64,000 nt of DNA from NCBI GenBank assembly GCA_963833985.1, contig CAWIAD010000002.1:5280001-5344000 (forward strand), in the 5' to 3' direction. Of the stretch, positions 24,712-35,775 are shown in pieces. Made by a program: the position numbers and the translations under genes. The notes below the pieces were generated by a model that saw only the letters and a list, made by a program, of their open reading frames with translations, searched no databases and was not told the DNA's origin. Numbering within the stretch: position 1 is the first letter of the stretch; each line of letters starts with the position of its first letter. The stretch comes from an uncultured Planctomycetaceae bacterium (GTDB taxonomy: Bacteria; Planctomycetota; Planctomycetia; Isosphaerales; Isosphaeraceae).

Positions 24712-26184
24712 ATGAACCGGCGCAATTTCCTCTGGCAGAGCGGTGGCGGACTGGGCGGACTGGCGCTCGCGGCGCTGCTGGCGGAAGAAGGGCTGCTGGC
24801 GGCCGATGCCGGCAGCAGCGCTCCTGGAGTCCGTCCCGACGGCGGCTTGCATCATGCTCCGAAGGCCCGGCGCGTGGTGCAGCTCTTCATGGCCGGCGCG
24901 GCCAGCCACATCGACCTCTTCGACCACAAGCCCGAGCTGGTCAAGCGGCATGGCCAGCCCGCGGATTTCGGCGAGCCGGTCGAGGCATTCCAGAACGGGC
25001 TGGGGCCCTGGCTGAAACCCGTCTTTCGGTTCCGGCCGTACGGCGGCTGCGGCAAGATGCTCGGTGCGGCCGTCGCGCCACTGGGGGCCGTCGTGGACGA
25101 CATCGCGTTCATCCACAACATGGTGGGCAAGACGGGCGTGCACAGCCAGGGAACCCTGCTCCAGACGACCGGCTTCAACCGCCCCGGGTTCCCGTCGATG
25201 GGAAGCTGGGTCTGCTATGGTCTGGGCCGGCTGAGCGACAACCTGCCCTCATTCGTGGTCCTGCCCGACCCGCGCGGGCTCGCCTCCAACGGCACCAAGA
25301 ACTGGGACGCGGCGTTCCTGTCGTCGCGGTACCAGGGAACGGTCATCGACCCCGGCGCGAAGACGCCGATCGCCGACCTGTTTCCGGACCCGCGCGTGCC
25401 CTTTCCCACCCGCGCCGGTGATGCCGCGGGCATTGCACTGCTCAACCGCCTGAACCGCGAACACGCCGCGGCACGACCCGGTGATGACCGGCTCGACGGC
25501 CGCATCAGGAGCTACGAGCTGGCCGCCCAGATGCAGCTCGCCGCGCCGGAGGCGCTCGACCTTTCCTCCGAGCCGCCCGCCGTGCTGCGGCTTTACGGGC
25601 TCGATCACGGCAGGTGCTCTTTCGATAAACAGATCAACGCACTTGAAGAAACCGATATTTTCGCCCGTAAGTGCCTGGCGGCGCGCCGGTTGCTGGAGCG
25701 CGGCGTCCGCTTCGTGCAGATCTGGAGCGGTAACGACAACGGCTTCCCGCGCCGCAACTGGGACTCGCACGAGGACGTCGAGCGCGACCACGGACCGCTC
25801 GCTCTGGGCATGGCCCGGGGCACCGCGGCCCTGATCCAGGACCTGAAGCGCCTGGGTCTGCTGGACGACACGATCATCCTCTGGACGACCGAGTTCGGCC
25901 GCATGCCTTCCAGCCAGGGGGGCAAGGGCCGCGACCACAACCCGTACTGCTTCACGAACTGGCTCGCCGGTGGCGGCATCAAGGGCGGCATCTCCCACGG
26001 CCCGAGCGACGAGTTCGGCTACAAGCCGCTTGACCGCAAGAGTTCCACAGAGGTTTATGACATTCACGCCACGGTTCTGCACCTGCTGGGCATCGACCAC
26101 ACCCGGCTCACCGTCCGCCACGATGGCATCGACCGCCGCCTCACCGACGTGCATGGGCATGTGATCCACGAAATCCTGGCGTGA
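24712..26184 (+). CDS. DUF1501 protein (Tat-like signal)
   Basis: NRRNFL, SHIDLFDHKP, ARRLLERGVRFVQ, EFGRMP, GRDHN, RLTDVHG. Confidence 0.95.
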   Translation: MNRRNFLWQSGGGLGGLALAALLAEEGLLAADAGSSAPGVRPDGGLHHAPKARRVVQLFMAGAASHIDLFDHKPELVKRHGQPADFGEPVEAFQNGLGPWLKPVFRFRPYGGCGKMLGAAVAPLGAVVDDIAFIHNMVGKTGVHSQGTLLQTTGFNRPGFPSMGSWVCYGLGRLSDNLPSFVVLPDPRGLASNGTKNWDAAFLSSRYQGTVIDPGAKTPIADLFPDPRVPFPTRAGDAAGIALLNRLNREHAAARPGDDRLDGRIRSYELAAQMQLAAPEALDLSSEPPAVLRLYGLDHGRCSFDKQINALEETDIFARKCLAARRLLERGVRFVQIWSGNDNGFPRRNWDSHEDVERDHGPLALGMARGTAALIQDLKRLGLLDDTIILWTTEFGRMPSSQGGKGRDHNPYCFTNWLAGGGIKGGISHGPSDEFGYKPLDRKSSTEVYDIHATVLHLLGIDHTRLTVRHDGIDRRLTDVHGHVIHEILA

Positions 26185-26273
26185 CCGATCGTGATCCCGG
26201 GCCGACCTGCTTGCCGGCCTGTCCTGTATAATGCGGACAGAACGATCCCCTCCGTATTTCAAGGAGCCATACC

Positions 26274-26726
26274 ATGGAGGCCGCAACGTTGGGAAAGATT
26301 GTGGTTCCCGCCAGGATCGAGAACAACTATGACCTGGAGAACCTGGCCCGTGGCCTGGTGTCCGATGACGAGGTGCGCAGGATCGCCGTGCAAGACGCAC
26401 GGATCGATACGGGAGCCACGTACCTGGCCATGCCAAAAGGGATGATCGATCAGCTCGGGTTCCGACAGCTTCGCACGTCACGAGCCAGAACAGCCGCCGG
26501 CACGATCTCGTTCGGCATCTATGGGCCAGCGAAGCTGACCGTACTGGGGCGCGAGTGCATTATCGAGGTCTCCGAACTTGCTGAGGATTGCCCGGTGCTC
26601 ATTGGCGTTATACCGCTGGAGATGCTCGACTTCGTGGTCGATCCGCGCGGCCAGAAACTGATCGGCAACCCCGAGCATGGCGGCGAGTGGATGATCGATA
26701 TGTACCTGAATGCCATTGGAACGTGA
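26274..26726 (+). CDS. Clan AA (retropepsin-like) aspartyl protease
   Basis: IDTGAT, VLIGVIPLE, AAGGAG RBS. Confidence 0.9.
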   Translation: MEAATLGKIVVPARIENNYDLENLARGLVSDDEVRRIAVQDARIDTGATYLAMPKGMIDQLGFRQLRTSRARTAAGTISFGIYGPAKLTVLGRECIIEVSELAEDCPVLIGVIPLEMLDFVVDPRGQKLIGNPEHGGEWMIDMYLNAIGT

Positions 26727-26748
26727 TTCCTGCCTGGAGCCCAGATTC

Positions 26749-28733
26749 ATGCGATCTCGACTGGCGAGCCTTGTTCTCGGCGTACTCATCGCTCTGCCGC
26801 TGCCTGCCCGTGGCCAGACCGCTCCCGCACTCGTCCCCGTTCCTGTGCCCGAGAGCATCCGCGCCGAGGGCGTGCCGCCGGTGCCCCGCGCACTTTACCA
26901 GGCACTGAACCGCTACCAGAACATCCGCTCGGCGAGCTTCCAGGACTGGGATGATACAAGCGACCGGGCCATGTACGTCACCACGCGGTTTGCCGACACG
27001 CCCCAGGTGCACTACGTACCTTCGCCGGGCGGTGCGCGACGCCAGCTCACATTTTCCAATGAGCGCGTATCGAGCGTGCACGCGCGGCCCAGGCACCGCC
27101 AGTTCCTCTACGTCGCCGACGAGGGCGGGGCCGAGAACAACCAGCTCTTCCTGCAAGACCGCGAGGGCGGTGAACCGCGGCGGGTCAGCGACGGCAAGAG
27201 CCGCAACACCAGCCCGCGCTGGTCGCCCACCGGCGAGCTGCTCGCCTGGAGCAGCAACGCGCGCAACGGCCGCGACATGGACCTGTACCTCGCCGCTCCC
27301 ATCGACGCCCACTTCCAGCGCCGGCTCAAGGAGGTGACGGGCGACTGGCGCGTCGCCGACTGGTCGCCCGATGAGACCAGGGTGCTGGCCGAGGAATACA
27401 TCTCCATCAACGAGGCGTATATCCATGTCATTGATATCGGCAGGGGCCAGACCACCACGGTCACCCCGCCCGATCCGACCCCAAAGCCGAGCCCGTCTTC
27501 TCCGGCGATCCGAAATGGTCGAAGGACGGCAAGTCGATCTTTTACATCACGGACAAGGATTCCGAGTTTCGCCGGCTGTTCCGGCATGATCTGGCAACTG
27601 GCTCCGAAACCGTGATGTCCGCCGGAATTCCCTGGGACATCGAAGGCTATGCTGCGAGCGATGACGGCCAGCTTGTGGTCGTCGTTGCGAACGAGGGCGG
27701 CTACGACGTCCTGCACGGCATCAATATCGAGAACTCCCAGGAATATGCCATGCCGGTATTGCCGCGCGGTCAGATCTCGGGGCTGAAATTCCGTAAGGGC
27801 TCTCGTGAGCTGGGACTGGCACGGAGCTCATGGTACGAGTCCACTGACGCATGCTCAATCGCCATCGGAGCGACCCCGATCCCCAGCTTCGAGCGCTGGA
27901 CCCAGAGTGAAACCGGCGGCCTCGACACCTCATCGTTCGTCGAGCCCTTGCTCATCGGGTACACGAGCTTTGATGGCCGGAAGATTCCAGCCTTCGTGTG
28001 CCGCCCATCGAAGATGCGTTTTCCCGGTCCACGGCCGGTCTTGATCGACATCCACGGCGGGCCCGAGTCGCAGTTCCGGCCTGGTTTCCAGGGACGGCTC
28101 AACTACCTGATCAACGAGCTGGGCCTGGTGCTCGTCATGCCCAACGTGCGCGGGTCTTCGGGGTACGGGAAGTCGTACGTGAAGCTGGACAACGGCATCT
28201 TGCGCGAGGGGGCCGTGAAGGACATCGGTGCACTGCTGGACTGGATCGGCCAGCAGCCCGACCTGGACAGGAACCGCGTGGGCGTGATCGGCGGGTCGTA
28301 CGGCGGCTTCATGTCGCTGGCCGTGCAGACCACGTACAACGAGCGCATCAAGGCGGGCATCGACATTGTGGGCATCTCCAACTTCGTCAGCTTCCTCAAG
28401 AACACGCAGGGCTATCGCCGCGACCTGAGGCGCGCCGAGTACGGCGACGAGCGCGACCCCAGCATGCGCGAGTTCCTGGAGCGGATCTCGCCGCTGACCA
28501 GCGCGGGGAAGATTCACACGCCGATCCTCATCGTCCAGGGCCAGAACGATCCGCGTGTGCCGCTCTCTGAGGCCGAGCAGGTGCTCGCGGCCGTGCGCAA
28601 GAATGGCGTGCCGGTGTGGTACGTGGTTGGCAAGAACGAGGGGCATGGCTTCGCGAAGAAGGCCAACCAGGACTACTTGCAGGCCGTCGAGGTACTGTTC
28701 CTCAGGCGGTTCCTGCTGGGTGAGTCGCTCTGA
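26749..28733 (+). CDS. S9 family peptidase (prolyl oligopeptidase-like), frameshift near 27470
   Basis: TolB-like propeller, IHGGPESQ, GGSYGG, NDPRVP, EGHGF. Confidence 0.92.
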
Positions 28734-28736
28734 GGC

Positions 28737-29963
28737 TCAGATCCTCACATAGAGCTTCTTGCGGTACATCCAGAAGAGGATGAGCCAGAGGACAAGCAAA
28801 ACGGCCACGCCCTGAAGGAAAGGTGCGTAGGCGTCGCCCACGATCTTGAACGCATCGCGGCCGAGGTGCGTTCTGAAACTGTCGGTGATGAAGCCGTCGA
28901 TGAGGTGGCTCAGGCAGTACGCGGCAATGGAATTGGCGCCGATCACCCGGAGCGGGAACGACCAGGCGTGCCACCCCGGCCAGTCGATGAGCGCGAAGAA
29001 CAAGGCCAGGAACAGGAAGCAGAGCCCCCCCGAGAAAAGCACCCAGCTCGGGGTCCAGATGCGCTTGACCACCGGGCAGAGGCCCAGCTCGCCCGCGCCC
29101 AGCCGAGCCCAGGCTGATCAGACCGGCCATCACCAGCCACATGAATTTGAACCGGGCGGGGCGGTCGTCCTTGAGTACGCCGCCGGCGATGAGCCCCAGG
29201 ATCATCGTCGCCAGCGTGGGAATGAAGCTGAGCGTGGCGTAGCCGCCGCCGTTATCGACGAACGGCCGGGACCGCGGGAACAGGTTCAAGAACCAGACGT
29301 CGAACGCCCAGGCCGGGTTGCTGTTCTTGTTCCAGTGCGCGGCGAAGCCTTTCATCAGGTGCGGCCAGTCCGCGGGAACCTGAACCGCCGGATAATCAAA
29401 ATCCGGGCGAACCGGATAGGCCGCGAAGAGCGCCCAGTAGCCCACCACGATGGCCCCGAAGGCGATCCACTGGCGCGGACCGACCGCAGGCCCAGCAGGA
29501 AAAGAAACGTGTAGCCCAGGCCAATCTGCGAGAGCGTGTCTTCAAACGTGAAGTTGGTCTGGCGATGACCGATGGAGCGGAGAAAGACGCCCAGGAACAC
29601 CAGCACCAGCGACCGCCAGAGGGCATGTGCGGTCATCCATCCCGGCGTCTGCCCGCGCCTCAGCCGGCTGGCAATCGAGAACGGCAGAGCCACGCCGACG
29701 AGGAACGAGAACGAGGGCTGGATCAGGTCGTGCAGCACGCACCCGGTCCACTCCACGTGCGACTGGTGGTGGCAAAGCAGTTCCCAGAACACATTCCCTG
29801 GCAGGGCGCTGGCCACCTCGCAGCAGCGCAGGACCTCGGCCATCATCAGGAACATGACCAGCCCGCGATAGGCGTCGATGGAGCCCATGCGCCCGCGCAC
29901 GAGGGTGCCGCCGGCCGGCAACACCGGCCTGTCCGCCATGGCCGTATCGAGATCAACGCTCAT
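28737..29963 (-). CDS. DUF5009 / heparan-alpha-glucosaminide N-acetyltransferase-like membrane protein, frameshifts near 29470 and 29100
   Basis: [39 protein letters not shown] across three ORFs. Confidence 0.85.
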
Positions 29964-30047
29964 TCGCACTCCTTGCTCGTGTCGGCCAGGTGGGCCGGCA
30001 CGACCGCTCGGCCCACCCCGCCACGACGTCCCGCGACATCCCGGCCA

Positions 30048-32245
30048 TCACGCGAGGCTGATGCCCAGACCACCTCTGGCAATAACGAACAGCGCATCGC
30101 TGCTCGTGAGGTACGCTCCGGCCGCACTGCTGATGCCGGAAGGCGCGGAGGTGGTGAGCACGATCTGCCCTCCGTACTTGAAAGCCTGCTTGCCGGTGAC
30201 CAGCTCCACGCTGGTGTTCGAGAGGTACTGCACCGAGAAGCCTATCGGCTTGTATCGTGTCTGGAAAGTGTATGACCTTCCAGACTTTACCCGGACCCGC
30301 ACACCGGTCTCAACTTGGTAATTGAAGAAGTTGTCGGCCGTTGATGAGTTCATCGGCTGGCTGAAGCTGAACCTGTAGCCGCCGAGCACCGGCCTGCCCA
30401 TGGGCTTACCATGCTTGTTGGTCTTCTGTGTGGTCACAACCGCCGCGCTCATCACATACGGCACCGGAGGCGGAGGCGGTGCGGGCGACTGCACCTGGAC
30501 TGAAGTGGAGGTGGCGGAAGCCAGTCCGGCGGCGGAGAAGACAAGCTGATCACTGCCCGCGCTGCTCAGGGTGAGCGACGGGAAGGTCAAGGAAGGGCCA
30601 TTCATCACTCCAGAGGTGAGAATGGTACCTGGGCTCGAGCTCAACGCCACGTAGACGCTGCCGCTGAATGTGGTGAGGTTGTTGAATTTGTCCTTGGCAA
30701 CGAGGGTCACGGGAAAGCCAGCTCCCGTGCTCACGCTCGAAGGCGGTTGCTGAGTGAGGACGAGCCTGGAAGCCGCGGCCGCGACGATGCTGAAGTTGCT
30801 GGGATTCGCAGCGCTCAGGCCAGGGGCCGTTGCCGCGACCGAGTATCCTCCGGCCGTGTCCAGCACCAGACCGGAAAAGGTGGCCACACCCTGGCTGGCA
30901 GCCACCGTTACCTGGGCGAGATTGCCTCCAGGGTTACTGGCAAGGTTCATGGTGATATTGCCGGTATAGGTCGGGTCGACATTCCCGGATGCGTCCTCGG
31001 CCGTGACACTCACCGAAAACCCGGTCCCGGCCGTTCCCGTCATCGGGGCGGAGGACACGACAAGGTGCGTTGCCACGTGCTTGACGTCGATGGCCCCAAT
31101 ACTGTCAGCGAACCAGATATTGCCGTCCGGGCCGGTCGTGATCCCCTGGAGGATCGGGGTGCTCGTGGTCGTCACCGCCTCGGTCGCGAAGAGCTGGGTC
31201 GAGGGATCGAACTTGTAGATGGCACCCAGGTCATTGTCCGTGAACCAGATATTGCCGTCCGGGCTGGTTGTGATCCCGAACGCCAGGGGAGCCGGTGACA
31301 CCGGCTGGCCAGTTGCCGGGTTCGTGACCTGGTACTCGTGCGTGGCAGGCTCCGAACCAGGGACGATCTCCCAGATCGATGAGTAGGCGATGCCCGGTGC
31401 GCCTACCTTGGAGACCGACTCGGTGAACCAGATGGCGCCGTTGGCTGCCGCGGTGAGGCCGTTGGGCGTCTCCCAGTTTCCATCAGCCCCCGCCGGTAGC
31501 TTGACCTGGTACCACGATCCCGTCTTTGGATCATAACCGCCGATGGCGAACTCGCCGGTCGACGCGTTCCTCTCCGTGAACCAGAGGGTATGGTCCGCGT
31601 CCGTCCCGGCCACCATCTGGGAGCCATAGTTCGTGAAACCGAACATGGCACTGCCGTTCTGGTCCGTCTTTCCAGCCAGCGCGATGGGCGTCGAAAAGCT
31701 ACCGGTGGAAGGATTGAAGCTTTCGATCGCGCTGTTCGTCTTGTCCGTGAACCAGATCGCCGTGTGCCCGCCCTGATCGACGCCGGCCGCGATGCCATAA
31801 GGAGAGGCACCGCTGCCGAGCGGACCACTTTGAGGAAAGTTCGCGATTGTCGGGGTGGAACTCGTGCTGCTGAACTTCCCGATCCTCCCCTGACTGGGCT
31901 CCGTCACCCAGACGTTGCCGCTTGCGTCCGTGGTGATTCCGATCGGCGTAGCAACCGCTCCGGTGACCGCCGTTGGAGTGCCTGTGCGCTGGGGTTGATC
32001 ATCCAGACGTTGCTTGTCGTCGGATCCGTGAACCAGAGCTTCCCGCTGGACTGGACAATCGCCGCGGGACTGCTTGAAGGAGATGATGGGTACGCGACGA
32101 TGTTGGCCGAGAGCAGGCAGCGCGACTCCAGGGCATCCACTCCTAGCTGCCGCGCCCGTCCCCGCTTTGACTGCGAACGTACATGCGTGATACCTGGATG
32201 GGACGATTGCCCGCGGCGCGTGACCCATACAGACAAGCTTCTCAT
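30048..32245 (-). CDS. Extracellular Vgb-like (streptogramin lyase-type) beta-propeller plus Ig-like domains, frameshift near 31990
   Basis: LESRCLLS planctomycete motif, GITTGPDGNIWF repeats, GVATFSGL Ig-like repeats, Pro linker. Confidence 0.85.
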
Positions 32246-32534
32246 GGATGTGATTCCCTGGTGTGCGATTTTGACAGCAACTCTGGACCGAAGAATAGGC
32301 ATTCGTAAATCTTCAATCAACCGAACTCAACCAATGTCGCGTTTTAGCAACAAAGGCTTCTCCCTCACGTGCCGTCTGAAGCGACCATGACGAATAGAAG
32401 ACCGGGCGGCTTCGTGGCCCGTTAGAAAGGAGGTTGGATCGAAGCAAGATTCCATCCCCCACCAGTTGGGTGGCCGTTTGCAGGGGCCTCAGACTCGTCG
32501 GGCTACGTCCGACCGTCCGCCGTCGAATGTGGCG

Positions 32535-34087
32535 TCAGACGTTGTACAGCTCGCCGTACCTCTGCCGTAACGACGCGATGAGCGGCTCATGGTGCGGCCT
32601 GGCACCGGTTGCCCGCTCAATCAGTGCAACGGGTCGGTAACGTTGGCCGTGGCGATGGATGCGCTCGCGCAACCAGTGCAGCAGCGCTCCATAGTCTCCG
32701 CGGGCGAATTCCTTGTCCAGGTCGGGCAGGTCATGTCGCGCCGAAGCGATGAGCTGCGCGGCGTAGATGTTGCCCAGCGTGTATGTGGGAAAATAGCCAA
32801 AGAGCCCGGCGCTCCAGTGAATGTCCTGGAGGCAGCCAACGGCATCGGATTCGGGACGCAATCCCAGTGCCTCCTGGTACTTCTGGTTCCAGGCGAAGGG
32901 CAGGTCCTCGATCGGCAAATCTCCGGAGAGGAGGGCCAGCTCCAGCTCGAAGCGGATGATGATGTGCAGGTTGTATGTGACCTCGTCCGCCTGGACCCGG
33001 ATGAGACTGGGCGTCACATGGTTCACCGCGGCCAGGAACTGCTCGAGGCTGACATCGTGGAGGGTCTGGTGGAACACGCGGCGAGCCATCGGGAACCAGT
33101 AAATCCAGAACGGTCGGCTGCGCCCGACCGCGTTTTCCCAGAGCCGCGATTGTGATTCATGCACACCCAGCGACGCTGCTTCACCCAGCGGCGTCCCGTA
33201 ATGCTCGGCAGGTAGCCCCTGCTCGTAAAGTGCATGCCCCGTTTCGTGCAGGATGCCGAAAAAAGCGTCGCCGAATTGCCGCTCATCGTATCGTGTGGTG
33301 ATCCGGGTGTCACCCGGGCCAATTCCGGTGCAGAAAGGGTGGGCCGTGACGTCGAGCCGGCCGCACCCGAAGTCGAAGCCGAGCGCCGCGGCAACGGCTT
33401 CCCCGAAGATCCGCTGGCGCTCCAGCGGATAAGCCCGGCTGAGAATCGAATCTGCGGCCGGCCGCGAGCCGGACGCATCGAGGGCCTGTACGAGTGGGAC
33501 CAGCTCCCGGCGCAGCGCCTCAAATAACACGGCCAGCTCGGACGACCGCGCACCCGGTTCGTACTCTTCCAGCAGCGGGTCATAAACTGCATGCCCGGGA
33601 TCGTGGTGTCTGCCATCCTGGCAGCGCCGGCGGCGCCCAAACACGCCGATTCCTGACGCTTGAGCTCGAGAACCTGTTCGAGCCATGGCTTGAACTGATC
33701 GAATTGATTGTCGCGCCTGGCCGCGATCCAGGCTTGCTGCGCAAGTGAAGTGGTGCGTGCGATCGCTTCGACTAACGCACGAGGCAGCTTACGTTTACGC
33801 TCATAAACGCGGCGCAGCTCGCGGACGTTGGACGCTTCTGGCGACTGGGGATCAATCGTTGATTCCGAGTTCTCGACCGCCTCCAGCAGTTCACTGTATC
33901 GAGGATCGGTAGCCCGTTCATGTAGAATGCCGGCCAGCAAAGCCAGTTGCTCACCCCGGTGCGCCGCGCCGCCCACGGGCAGCCAGGTCTGCTCGTCCCA
34001 GTGCAATACCGCGGAGCAGGATAAGAGCACCGCAAGTTCGCGTGCACGGCGGATGAGCTCCGGATAGGCTTCAAGGGCTTGGGTCAT
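32535..34087 (-). CDS. Carboxypeptidase M32 (Taq-like), frameshift near 33600
   Basis: LHWDEQT, HPF, HETGH, HESQSR, GCLQDIHW, GYFPTY. Confidence 0.95.
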
Positions 34088-34124
34088 ACCGGATACCAGG
34101 AAGAGAGGCCGCGGGGCGCATTCC

Positions 34125-34161
34125 AAAAAAAAGCGAGGCGAGGGCCCGTAAGCCCTCGCCT
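34125..34161 (-). terminator. Rho-independent terminator after the PEP-CTERM gene
   Basis: 10-bp stem aggcgagggc/gccctcgcct with 6-nt loop, followed on the minus strand by a T8 run. Confidence 0.85.
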
Positions 34162-34246
34162 GCAGAAACGAACCCCCGGATCCAGGTCCAGGTCGTCACA
34201 TCTGGCCTCCCGCGAAGAGCCCGTGCGGGATCTTCGCGGCAGATCA

Positions 34247-34927
34247 TCAAGCGACCGCGGAACGCTTGAAGAACCGGCGGAAGGTGAACAGACCGCTCAG
34301 GCCGATGCCGAGCAGGGCCATCGAGGCGGGCTCGGGAATCGCACTGTAAGACCCCGACGCCTCCACGATCAGGCCGGTCGTGAAACCGAACACGTTCCGG
34401 GTGTCGAAGGTCAGCGTGTTGGTGCCGAGCTTGAACGGATCGGAGCCGGTCAGAGTGAACGACGTCAGCGGACCGATCGGGCCGAGCGGGCCGCTCAGTC
34501 CCAACTTCGTGCCGTTGAGCTCGATGTTGGTGAGCTGATCGTCGACAGAGATCTTCAGGTTGACAAGCACGGTCGCCAGGTTCGCGCCTGGGCCGATGGT
34601 GAAGGTGGTCTGGTAGCTGTACGGACCGTTCGGCTCGGTGGCGTTGGGTACCGGCGCGTCCCACTGGGCAGTCGGGGTGTTCACCCACGGGGGAAACGGA
34701 AACATGGTAGGATTGGCAACCTTGGCATCGTTGCCAGCCGGCGCAGCCGGGTCCGACGACACGGTGAGCATGTAATGAGTGTCGGTGGCATCGGGGGCGA
34801 GCAAGGCATGAGAGTTATCGACGCCCGTGCTGTACAGGTCGGCGATCGTAACCGTGCCCGCTCGCGCCTGGCCGGCGGTCAACGCAACCGCCAGGCCGAA
34901 CGAGAGCAACAGGGACTTCTTGAGCAT
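34247..34927 (-). CDS. PEP-CTERM sorting domain protein
   Basis: Signal peptide, C-terminal IPEPASMALLGIGL...RRFFKR, GGAGG RBS. Confidence 0.95.
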   Translation of the reverse strand: MLKKSLLLSFGLAVALTAGQARAGTVTIADLYSTGVDNSHALLAPDATDTHYMLTVSSDPAAPAGNDAKVANPTMFPFPPWVNTPTAQWDAPVPNATEPNGPYSYQTTFTIGPGANLATVLVNLKISVDDQLTNIELNGTKLGLSGPLGPIGPLTSFTLTGSDPFKLGTNTLTFDTRNVFGFTTGLIVEASGSYSAIPEPASMALLGIGLSGLFTFRRFFKRSAVA

Positions 34928-35775
34928 CTAATCTGCCTCCAAGGAATCAGGAAACGAGGAAAAGCTCTGGCTGCCAGATTCGTCGCGATCTGACGATGAA
35001 GAGACTCACATGAAGTCAAACCACCGATCGCGGTCACCGAGTGCCCCGGGAGGTTGCGAGAATGTAGCCTCAATAGGATCCAATGCGTTACACGCTGAGG
35101 TACCCTTGGGCCGCGAGGGCCGACCGGCCTGCCTTCGCTCAGTAAGCGACGTCAACGGTCTCCTCGCCTCTACAACCAGCCCGATCCACAGAACCACCCC
35201 GGGGCACGATCATAACAGAGACGCCCGAGCATGCGTCAAGATCACCAGGAACCACGCGTACCGACGCTCGATTCGGTCTTGGCTTGATTTCCCGGACTTC
35301 ACCGGTCCTATGACGGCAAAAGACAACCGATGGCTCAAACAAGACGCGGAATCCAAACAGATCAGAACCAGGTTCTGTTCAAGCCAAACTTAATGGGTCA
35401 TTTGCAGAATCAGACAGGCTTGGGTCGCTACCGTTCCTTTGTGCTCTTCGTGAACGCACCGATAATCACCCAGGGACGAGTCTCGTTACACCAGGGATGA
35501 AACTCAAAACTTGTACCTGGCGAACGGTTTCCGACCTATCGGCATGCCTCTAACTGCTTCGTCGGCCCTTTGTACTTTATCTCCGGCGGGAAATCCACCC
35601 AAATCAGATGATGTGACAAAAAGCACCAAGAACTTCACGCCGTCCACAACCTGATGTTGAAAAAAGTCTTCAGTGACAAGGATTCATAGCACCGTGCATC
35701 GTGAGCAGCGTGCACGGCTGCTCACTACGGGGAAGAGATTTCGGTGTCCCGCTTCCCGCATTGCGAGGGACATGT

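Noticed and set aside
32250..32530. Riboswitch upstream of the Vgb-like gene
   Set aside because: Some stems are possible, but no match to c-di-GMP, c-di-AMP or other aptamer consensus could be confirmed by eye.
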